Of a stretch of DNA of 41,078 nt, positions 27,509-35,694 are shown in pieces. The stretch's first letter is position 1. The number at the start of each line of letters is the position of its first letter. Source of the DNA: Oligoflexales bacterium (GTDB lineage: Bacteria > Bdellovibrionota_B > Oligoflexia > Oligoflexales > Bog-1112); the NCBI GenBank assembly GCA_045106415.1, contig JBGCEP010000079.1:1-41078 (forward strand), written 5' to 3'. The notes beneath the pieces were generated by a model. It was not told the origin of the DNA and ran no database searches. It saw nothing but the letters and a program-made list of their open reading frames with translations. The position numbers and the translations under genes were made by a program.

Positions 27509-28677
27509 CCACGCAAAACGTTCAAAAATTTTATAATCAGCACCCCTATCCACACTATCCTCTTCTTGCAACTCCACGGTGGCAAGAGGGGCACCTAAGC
27601 TCTTCTCGCTTTGCTAGATCTCTGTCTGGGGTACAACACTCAGCAAATAGTGTTTGCATCATTGGCTGTGGAGAAATACTACCTGCCATTATTCGATCAT
27701 GGGAACCAAGAAGCACAACTGTGCATGGCGTCGACTTGTCAAAAAAAAGTCTTATAAGAGCTAAATTTAGATGTTTTCGGACAACAAAAAAAGCCTCTTT
27801 TGCATGTGAAGACATCTCTCACCAAACTTGGAACCATAAACAAGAAAAATGGGATCATATTGATGCCTTTGGTGTTTTGCATCACCTCGAAAATCCTCAA
27901 CAAGGCTTTCATACACTCTATCGATCTTTAAATCCAGGTGGCACTCTGCGTCTTATGGTTTATAACAACGCATCTCGCTGGTGGATTCACGCTATACAGG
28001 CTTATTTTCATCAAGAAAAACTCAGCCCTTTCTCCCTAAAAGACATAAATACTGCAAAAAAATCTTTAATCCAACTTCGCGAATCATGCCAAGACTTTAA
28101 CAATATAACAAAAAACATGGGATCTATTTTTCACAACAATGCTCGTTTTGCAGATACATTCATGCACCCACAAGAAACTCATCTGTCCATATCTCAATGG
28201 CACCACTTATTAAGACAATACCCTTTAAAAATCAAAGGATTATTCGATCGTTACTGTGAGCTTGATCATCTCACAAACCCTCTTCATACTCCTCCTTCAC
28301 TTCTTCAAATAGATAAACTCGCAGAAGAAGGTTTTTTCCATGGAAACCTTGAAATTTACATACAAAAAGAAGGGGTCAACACGCCAAAAAACACCAACAC
28401 ACCTTTCACAACATCATCTCCGCCAAAAAACTGGTTTTCACACCTTGAAACGCAAGATATTCCCTGGAGAAAGAAGAGGCAGATTTGGTGGGATTGGTAT
28501 CAGAACAATCAAAAAACACACAATATTTCATTTAAGTCAAAACAGCGCCTTGCTCGTATCGGCGCATATCATCCTCAAAATGAGCCACATATCCACACAC
28601 CCATGTGCGACACACCCAGACAATACGTTCGCATGAGCTCGAAAAAGCAGTTCTATGAACAGCTCGCAAAACTATAA
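27505..28677 (+). CDS. Class I SAM-dependent methyltransferase
   Basis: FYNQHPYP, IIGCGE, GVDLS, GVLHHL, LNPGGTLRLMVY. ATGA overlap with the binding-protein gene. Confidence 0.85.
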   Translation: MTTQNVQKFYNQHPYPHYPLLATPRWQEGHLSSSRFARSLSGVQHSANSVCIIGCGEILPAIIRSWEPRSTTVHGVDLSKKSLIRAKFRCFRTTKKASFACEDISHQTWNHKQEKWDHIDAFGVLHHLENPQQGFHTLYRSLNPGGTLRLMVYNNASRWWIHAIQAYFHQEKLSPFSLKDINTAKKSLIQLRESCQDFNNITKNMGSIFHNNARFADTFMHPQETHLSISQWHHLLRQYPLKIKGLFDRYCELDHLTNPLHTPPSLLQIDKLAEEGFFHGNLEIYIQKEGVNTPKNTNTPFTTSSPPKNWFSHLETQDIPWRKKRQIWWDWYQNNQKTHNISFKSKQRLARIGAYHPQNEPHIHTPMCDTPRQYVRMSSKKQFYEQLAKL

Positions 28678-28734
28678 GGAAACGACAGATCAGAATCAAA
28701 ATTCTCATCACGAAACATGGCATCACAATGATAT

Positions 28735-29412
28735 TCATTTTTTAAGAAGGTCAGGGCGACGCTTTTGAGTACGAAGTCGACTTTGTTCTTGCCGCCATTC
28801 AGTAATTTTTAAGTCATGCCCCGAAAGCAAAACATCAGGAACAGCATCCCCTTCAAACTCTCGAGGGCGCGTATACATTGGACTTTCTAAGCAGCCATCA
28901 ATAGCTTGTGAAAAAGAGTCATACGTTGCACTCTCAGGATGACCTAAAACTCCTGGTAGCAATCTTAAAATAGAATCAGCAAGACAAAGAGCAGGAAGCT
29001 CTCCGCCCGATAGAATCACATCTCCAATAGAGACCTCAAGATCCACATACTTGTCTATAAAACGCTGATCAACACCACCAAACCTGCCACAAATAAACAC
29101 CACGTGCCCCTCAAAAGATGACATGCTTTCGGCAGATTTTTGTGACCATAGTTGTCCAGCAGGTGAAAGTAAAACCACTCGGTCTGGCTTTAGAACATTC
29201 ATAGCAGCAGCGAGAGGCTCAGGTTTAAAAACCATACCATCACCACCACCAAAAGGACGGTCATCAATCGTTCCATGGCGATCAACAGCAAAATCTCTTA
29301 AGTTCACAGCCTGCAGTTCAACGATACCTGAATCAACAGCTGTACGCATCACACCAAAGCCAAAGTATGCTTCGATAAATTGAGGATGAATGCTAACAAA
29401 CGAAATTTTCAT
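28735..29412 (-). CDS. trmD: tRNA (guanine37-N1)-methyltransferase
   Basis: DDRPFGGGDGMV, CGRFGGVDQR, SIGDVILSGGE, YTRP, LLSGH. Confidence 0.97.
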   Translation of the reverse strand: MKISFVSIHPQFIEAYFGFGVMRTAVDSGIVELQAVNLRDFAVDRHGTIDDRPFGGGDGMVFKPEPLAAAMNVLKPDRVVLLSPAGQLWSQKSAESMSSFEGHVVFICGRFGGVDQRFIDKYVDLEVSIGDVILSGGELPALCLADSILRLLPGVLGHPESATYDSFSQAIDGCLESPMYTRPREFEGDAVPDVLLSGHDLKITEWRQEQSRLRTQKRRPDLLKK

Positions 29413-29420
29413 AACGATAT

Positions 29421-29933
29421 CTATAGAAAGAAATCAAACGGCACTTGAAGGTGAAAAACTTGTTTAGAAACAAGGTAATCTTCAACATACGGTATAAGGA
29501 CTGGCTGTTCACTCAAAGGAGTTTCAACTTCAACAACTTCGGAAGCACCAAAATCTAAAATTGCACGAACATGACCAATCTCTTGGCTTTCCATATCTAA
29601 GATTTTCATACCAATACGCTGATCTTGATTTTGAGGCTGAACTTCTATAGAGCATCCTCTATAAATTTCAACAGCTGAGCGGTCACTTAAACCCTCAATC
29701 AAGATCACACTTTTCTGTTGGACTTGCTTAATCGCAGTAATAACGGAATGACAGAGAAGCCCCTCTTCGCTACAAACACGAACAGGAGCTCCTGCATATT
29801 CATTCTCCACAGGAGAACGCCGTCCCCCTAGGAAAAAGTAGCCTTGAAGCCCATGAGCTCTACTCACAGTCCCCAAGCTTTCCCAAGGGCTCGATTCTTG
29901 AGTATTAAGCTTTTTTTGCTGGTTTACGCTCAA
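29421..29933 (-). CDS. rimM: Ribosome maturation factor RimM (divergent)
   Basis: LGTVSRAHGLQG, GASEV, LIPYV; lies between rpsP and trmD. Confidence 0.85.
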   Translation of the reverse strand: MSVNQQKKLNTQESSPWESLGTVSRAHGLQGYFFLGGRRSPVENEYAGAPVRVCSEEGLLCHSVITAIKQVQQKSVILIEGLSDRSAVEIYRGCSIEVQPQNQDQRIGMKILDMESQEIGHVRAILDFGASEVVEVETPLSEQPVLIPYVEDYLVSKQVFHLQVPFDFFL

Positions 29934-30174
29934 GAGAAATCTTTCTGATTTTAGCTAGTTTTGCTACAGTTTCAGACATTTGAGCGCCTAAACCATACCA
30001 GTGTTGTACACGATCTTCTTTTAAAGAAATCGTTGATGGCTCAGTTTTTGGGTCATAGTAACCAAGCTTTTCAATAAAGCGACCATCACGTGGATTACGA
30101 CTATCAGTCACAACTACGTGATAAAAAGGGCGGTGTGTTGAACCATGACGCTGGAGGCGAATATTTACAGACAT
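29905..30174 (-). CDS. rpsP: 30S ribosomal protein S16
   Basis: IRLQRHG...PFYHVVVTDSRNPRDGRFIEKLGYYDP. Confidence 0.98.
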   Translation of the reverse strand: MSVNIRLQRHGSTHRPFYHVVVTDSRNPRDGRFIEKLGYYDPKTEPSTISLKEDRVQHWYGLGAQMSETVAKLAKIRKISLERKPAKKA

Positions 30175-30371
30175 TCAGATCTTCCTTTTACTTTATAAAA
30201 TCTATAACTTTCAGGAGATCAACCTTGAGACACGGAAAAGATCCGTCCCCTGAATCAAAATAGCGACAGCGATGCATACCATACTTAGGGATTCCATGAC
30301 AAGGAATATCCTGAAACACAGCAGCATCAGACAGCCAGAGTCAAGACCATACTAAGTCTTAACTTTAACAG

Positions 30372-30863
30372 TCAACGACCAAGACAAAAACACTTCTTCC
30401 AGAAGCCTAGAAAAGCAGACACAGAAGGAGTCAGCTGATGATGCCCTAGCCTCGCGTCAATATAGCTTTGCCAGCCTGCATCAAACCTTTTCACACAACG
30501 CGCCGCTGTGTGCCCTCGTAGGGGAAACCCATCTGTGCCTCCCGCACAAAGTTCACAAATCGTAGGCAAACGCTCATTAAATTTTAATTTTCGAAGCCCT
30601 TGGCTATGACCTGTTTTGATCAGCGGGTAAGCCCACGCGAGAGGCTCATTTATAATTGCTTTTCGTTCGTACTGTCGAGGAAAACCATCATAAGCAGCGT
30701 TCATATCCATTAGAGGTTTTTTTTGCGCTATTAAAAACCGAAAATTGCAACCATTATAAAGCCCTGCTTCATACCCACCACAATAACCGTTCATACCAAG
30801 GATATTTTGAGTACACAGAAAAGAAAATATTACGGCCAGGAAATGCTGTAAACGTTGCTTCAT
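30372..30863 (-). CDS. Hypothetical exported Cys-containing protein
   Basis: 163-aa ORF with a signal-peptide-like N-terminus; starts 3 bp after the upstream stop. Confidence 0.6.
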   Translation of the reverse strand: MKQRLQHFLAVIFSFLCTQNILGMNGYCGGYEAGLYNGCNFRFLIAQKKPLMDMNAAYDGFPRQYERKAIINEPLAWAYPLIKTGHSQGLRKLKFNERLPTICELCAGGTDGFPLRGHTAARCVKRFDAGWQSYIDARLGHHQLTPSVSAFLGFWKKCFCLGR

Positions 30864-30866
30864 AAA

Positions 30867-31205
30867 TTACTCTTCCAAAAACTCTTCCATCGCACGATGA
30901 AAATTAACGCTTAGACTGTGCATTTTTTGAGTGAGTTGCGCCTTAGCAAAAACATAAAAAGGTTTCCACACCGCTACGAAATCTATTTTTTTCTCAAAGT
31001 CTTCTTCATGTTCATCCACAAGCTTTAAAATAGGAAAACTTGCTTTAGGTGCTTTCAGTTGCAACAAAATATAATCATCAGCAGCAACAGCGTCATACTT
31101 TTCTTCAGGCAGCTCTAAGGCAGAACTATTCACCCATTCAAAATCATCACCTGCGGAAAACAGCACCGATGGTATTAAACTTATCAACAACATCACATAT
31201 TTCAT
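30867..31205 (-). CDS. Hypothetical exported acidic protein
   Basis: 112-aa ORF; MKYVMLLISLIPSVLFSA signal peptide. Confidence 0.6.
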   Translation of the reverse strand: MKYVMLLISLIPSVLFSAGDDFEWVNSSALELPEEKYDAVAADDYILLQLKAPKASFPILKLVDEHEEDFEKKIDFVAVWKPFYVFAKAQLTQKMHSLSVNFHRAMEEFLEE

Positions 31206-31818
31206 ACAATTCTCACTTCAAAATAATCACTTAAGACAACAAGTCAGTTCTCCTAACAAGGGTGGTGGTAAATCGCAACTTATATTTTATAAAACTCAAG
31301 ATTAAACAAACTTGAACAACATCTATTACCCGCCAAAAAATAAAACACAGTGAAACAGGCCACACGATGTATTCAACGATCATGGCTGAACGGGATTTGT
31401 TTTCATGTGGCCAGCCCTAAGTCTTGATAACCCTTTGAACAGTAGCTTTCTCCGTTTTATAGTTTGAGTCAAAAATTCTTGCAATTGTCGATTTCTCCAA
31501 TGCTTTGAGCTCCACCTCGCGGGCTACTGTAAAATTCTGACTCAAACAAAGAAATGCCATAAACTTTTGAGCAGCTATCCGATAGGCTCTCACAGCTCGC
31601 TGAAGGGCTTCTTTTTTACTCGCGCCCTTTGCTGTAGCCCAATTTCCATCATCAAATCAAATTGACAAAAAACACTTCAATATTTAGCAAGACCAAAACT
31701 GAACGACCATAGCAACTCACTTACACTCATCACAAACAAGATGTTATGGTCCTACATAGAAGTTTTATGAGATATTATCCAAGTATCGTCTGATATTGTT
31801 ACTGCGAAGGGTGTTCTT

Positions 31819-33237
31819 ATGCGTTTTGTTGCTTTTTTCTTTCTCTATTTATCGTGCTGTTTTCCGCTAACTCTCAATGCTCAAGAGCTCAGCGTTACAG
31901 CCAGTGGAAGCATGGACCCTGAGCTCTCCCGCATCTATATCACAGTACAAGTCAACAATATTCCTAACGATCAAATTGCCTCTCAGGCAGAACTCTTGCT
32001 GAACCGGCAGATCGAACTATTTTTCACAGGGATAAGCAAAACAAAACCTATTATGATTAACAGCGTCGGCATCCCTCTCTATCAAATTACCTCTGCAACC
32101 TGGTCTCCTACAGCACAAAGCTTAGCAGAAGCCACAAGCAACCTATCATCTCTCACTGTGACAGGAACAATTATTCCAGTAGACACTTGGACTGACTTTA
32201 GCGATTTGATAGCCGATGGTGAGTCAATCGCAATGGCCGCTGTCTTCGTCCCTTACGATTCTTCTGCTGGTCAACTCGCTAACATCATTGGGACCACGCT
32301 CGATTTAAATGAGTTTAGCGTCCCGATCAATTGGAACAAACCAATTGATGCGCCTGAGATCACAGAAACAAAATCTATCCATCGAGGTTTTTATCTAAGA
32401 TGGTCAACACCTGACGAAGTTTCATACTCAAACGTCACTGTTAGCAGCTCGGATGAGGAGGCAGGGTCTACTGAGCTTGGTTCTCAAGAAGAGCCTTTTC
32501 CGAGCTCTGTTTTAGCCGTTTCTTTCCCTCTATCAGACGCTCCCACTGTCTTTGAAGCCATTTCTTTTGATCCGTCCACACCAAAAACAGGCTCAAACGT
32601 CAGTTGCTCTTATGTCTCCCCACCATCTGGTACAAGCGATCAAGATTTAAAAACAATAGGCTGGAACTGCGTAGACTGCACACAAGATACAGCAACAACC
32701 CAAGCATACCTTCCTTATATTACTGAAGATGTCCCTTACACAATGCAGAGTCTCACAAGCAAAGCAGCTTGGACAAAGACTGGCCTCAGTATTAATGTTC
32801 CTTATGTTGCTTTTTTGCAATACCCGAAAGGCTTAGCAAGAACAACCTGCCGCTTGATCACAACAACTGAAAATTTCACCGTCAGTGAAATTAACGGCGG
32901 GTCAGCCGCTGTCGAGTCTGATCCTCGTTGTTTTATTGCAACCGCTGCTTTCGGAACTCCTTTTTCAAAAGAGCTTGACACATTGCGTTGGTTCCGCGAT
33001 CAATACCTTCTCTCGTCTCCAGTAGGGCGTGAGTTTGTTGAGTTTTATTATGAAGTCAGCCCTCGCTTTGCAACATGGGTTTCTACCTCACAAATCGCTC
33101 AGCAAGTCATTCGAGGTTTTTTATATCCAGTTGTCTGGATAATTCAACTCGAGCAAATGTTTTTAGGGCTCACTCCTTTTTTGCTTTGTTCGGTTTTTGC
33201 GGCAATCTACATCTTACGCCGCCGGAGATATTTATGA
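31819..33237 (+). CDS. Surface protein with CFI-box-CTERM sorting domain
   Basis: Signal peptide; FN3-like APEI...LRW segment; CFIATAAFG...LRWFRDQYL...GREFVEFYYEVSP; C-terminal TM plus RRRR. Confidence 0.88.
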   Translation: MRFVAFFFLYLSCCFPLTLNAQELSVTASGSMDPELSRIYITVQVNNIPNDQIASQAELLLNRQIELFFTGISKTKPIMINSVGIPLYQITSATWSPTAQSLAEATSNLSSLTVTGTIIPVDTWTDFSDLIADGESIAMAAVFVPYDSSAGQLANIIGTTLDLNEFSVPINWNKPIDAPEITETKSIHRGFYLRWSTPDEVSYSNVTVSSSDEEAGSTELGSQEEPFPSSVLAVSFPLSDAPTVFEAISFDPSTPKTGSNVSCSYVSPPSGTSDQDLKTIGWNCVDCTQDTATTQAYLPYITEDVPYTMQSLTSKAAWTKTGLSINVPYVAFLQYPKGLARTTCRLITTTENFTVSEINGGSAAVESDPRCFIATAAFGTPFSKELDTLRWFRDQYLLSSPVGREFVEFYYEVSPRFATWVSTSQIAQQVIRGFLYPVVWIIQLEQMFLGLTPFLLCSVFAAIYILRRRRYL

Positions 33238-33920
33238 GCACAGCTCTCGAGGGAACTTCTATTTTTCATAAAGTTCTCTTCCCCACTCAAAAAGCTGGCG
33301 GAGAACACACAAGCTTAACTCTCCAGCGCCCAGTAGGTTTCCAAGTTTCAGCAACAACAGTGACGAACCATGTTCCTTGGGTTTTATTTGACTTAGAAAC
33401 GACAGGTCTTGATTCAAGCTCGGACCGCATGATTGAAATAGGTGCCATTCGAGTAGAGCACGGAAAAGTTGTTGATGAGTTCTCTACTTTAATTCAAAGC
33501 CCTATTCCCATACCTTTGGAAGTTCAAAAACTCACAGGAATTGAACCTTCTATGTTGGAAGGGCAGCCGGTGGCTTCAGATGTTTTGCCTGATTTTTTAA
33601 AATTTATCCAAGGTTCTATTCTTGTCGCTCACAACGCAAGCTTTGACCTTCCTTTTTTAAAGAATGAACTCGCTCGTATTGGAGTTGATCTTTCTTGGCC
33701 CGCTTTCTGCACACTTAAAATGGCTGCTCATTTTTTACATTTTTTGCCTCGAAAAAACCTCGACACTTTAGCTGAACACTACGAACTCAACTTTGAAGCT
33801 CGTCACCGTTCTATAGGTGACGTTAAAGTCACATGGGGAGTTTTACAAAGAATACTATCCGAAGAGGCAAATAATCTGACATACTGGAAAGACTTTACAC
33901 CGTTCACGGTCTCCGCCTAA
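33234..33920 (+). CDS. DEDDh 3'-5' exonuclease (DnaQ/PolC-exo-like)
   Basis: FDLETTGL, VAHNASFD, HRSIGD. ATG 33234 overlaps the upstream TGA. Confidence 0.92.
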   Translation: MSTALEGTSIFHKVLFPTQKAGGEHTSLTLQRPVGFQVSATTVTNHVPWVLFDLETTGLDSSSDRMIEIGAIRVEHGKVVDEFSTLIQSPIPIPLEVQKLTGIEPSMLEGQPVASDVLPDFLKFIQGSILVAHNASFDLPFLKNELARIGVDLSWPAFCTLKMAAHFLHFLPRKNLDTLAEHYELNFEARHRSIGDVKVTWGVLQRILSEEANNLTYWKDFTPFTVSA

Positions 33921-33924
33921 GCGA

Positions 33925-33962
33925 CCTCTCAGTGTCGCCCGGGCACTGCTAAGAGGTTTTTT
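33925..33962 (+). terminator. Hairpin plus T6 tract overlapping the liuB ribosome-binding site
   Basis: CCTCT-CAGTGTC-GCCCG-GGCACTG-CTA-AGAGG-TTTTTT, immediately before ATG 33963. Confidence 0.45.
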
Positions 33963-35567
33963 ATGAAGCTTACCAGTCAGGTACAAACCCAATCTGATTC
34001 TTATCGTACGCGTTATAAACACCATTCATCTGAGCTTAAAGAGTTGCAAGAGCTTAAAGAGCGCATTGAACTTGGCGGTGGCGAAAAGGCTATCCAGAAG
34101 CAACGCGAAAGAAACAAGCTCACAGCTCGACAGCGTATTCAAGCTCTGATTGATCCAGGAAGCGAGTTTCTCGAACTCTCCAAGTTTGCAGGACACGACC
34201 TTTATGCTGACGCCGTCCCTTCCGCAGGAGTGATTACAGGCATTGCTTCCGTTTCTGGTCGACCATGCATGGTTGTTGCAAACGACCAAACAGTTAAGGG
34301 TGGTACTTATTACCCCATTACTGTTAAAAAACATTTAAGAGCTCAAAGAATTGCAGAGCGTTGCCATCTTCCATGCCTATACCTAGTCGATTCTGGTGGC
34401 GCTTTTCTACCAATGCAAGATGAAGTTTTCCCCGACGCAGATCATTTTGGCCGCATTTTTTACAATCAAGCTCAAATGAGTGCTAAGCGCATTCCCCAAA
34501 TATCATCGGTACATGGTTTTTGCACAGCAGGAGGAGCTTATATTCCTGCAATGTCGGATCAATCTATTATTGTTAAAGGGTCAGGCACCATTTTCCTTGG
34601 AGGCCCTCCGCTCGTTAAAGCAGCAACAGGTGAGGATGTCACAGCCGAGGAACTAGGGGGGGCTGATGTACACACTCGCATTAGTGGTGTTGCTGACCAC
34701 ATGGCAGAAAACGATGAGCATGCTCTTCAAATCATGAGAACCGCCGTCTCTTATTTAGGGTCTCCTCATAAGATGAATCTTGATTTCAGGACCCCTGAGG
34801 AGCCCGCATACGACCCCAACGAACTTCTTGGCATCCTTCCGCAGGAGCTCAGCCAAGCTTTTGATATACGAGAAGTCATCGCTCGTTTAACTGATGGATC
34901 TCGTTTCTTTGAGTTCAAACCTCGTTACGCACAAACTCTTGTAACAGGTTTTGCTCATATTCACGGCGTTCCTGTTGGCATCATTGGCAACAACGGCATT
35001 CTTTTTCGAGAAAGCGCTCTCAAAGGAACTCACTTCATAGAGCTATGCACACAAGAAAAAATCCCTCTCTTATTTTTACAAAACATCACAGGCTTTATGG
35101 TTGGTAAGGATTATGAACACGGTGGAATTGCAAAAGATGGAGCAAAACTCGTTCACGCCGTCGCAAATGCTGCTGTTCCAAAAATCACTCTCCTTGTTGG
35201 CGGAAGTTTCGGGGCAGGAAACTACGGTATGTGTGGCCGCGCTTTTGATCCAAACTATTTATTCAGTTGGCCTGGCTCGCGTATTTCAGTGATGGGAGGA
35301 CAGCAGGCTTGCCAAGTTCTCACGACTGTGAAGCAGCAACAAGCAGAAAGAGAAGGAAAAACACTTTCAGCAGAGGACATCAGAAAAATCCAAGAACCTA
35401 TTCTTCAAAAATACGAAAAAGAAGGTCATAGCCTCTACGCTACGGCAAGACTATGGGATGATGGTATTCTAGAGCCACCTTCAACAAGATCCGTTCTTGC
35501 TCAAGCGTTGACATCAACCTTGTTTCACGAATGGCCTGAAACAAAGAATGGTGTTTTCAGAATGTAA
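33963..35567 (+). CDS. liuB: 3-methylcrotonyl-CoA carboxylase beta subunit (carboxyltransferase)
   Basis: TVKGGTYYPITVKKHLRAQ, VDSGGAFLP, CTAGGAY, GSFGAGNYGMCGRA, ATARLWDDG, GVFRM. Confidence 0.93.
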   Translation: MKLTSQVQTQSDSYRTRYKHHSSELKELQELKERIELGGGEKAIQKQRERNKLTARQRIQALIDPGSEFLELSKFAGHDLYADAVPSAGVITGIASVSGRPCMVVANDQTVKGGTYYPITVKKHLRAQRIAERCHLPCLYLVDSGGAFLPMQDEVFPDADHFGRIFYNQAQMSAKRIPQISSVHGFCTAGGAYIPAMSDQSIIVKGSGTIFLGGPPLVKAATGEDVTAEELGGADVHTRISGVADHMAENDEHALQIMRTAVSYLGSPHKMNLDFRTPEEPAYDPNELLGILPQELSQAFDIREVIARLTDGSRFFEFKPRYAQTLVTGFAHIHGVPVGIIGNNGILFRESALKGTHFIELCTQEKIPLLFLQNITGFMVGKDYEHGGIAKDGAKLVHAVANAAVPKITLLVGGSFGAGNYGMCGRAFDPNYLFSWPGSRISVMGGQQACQVLTTVKQQQAEREGKTLSAEDIRKIQEPILQKYEKEGHSLYATARLWDDGILEPPSTRSVLAQALTSTLFHEWPETKNGVFRM

Positions 35568-35694
35568 AGAATAGATGGAAGTTAAAAAACGGGTTGCTAT
35601 TTAGCAGGCTGTAATGAGGAGAGTCGGAGTTATCATAAAATCCTTCAACTCTCCCTTTCACTCTTTCCTAATGGAAAAGAGAGAGGAGGAAACG

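Noticed and set aside
33075..33233. Long N-terminal extensions in the ORF track (also 10391-11455, 26273, 35614, 37364)
   Set aside because: Downstream starts have better RBSs or start/stop coupling, and the extensions overlap neighbours or precede the signal peptides.
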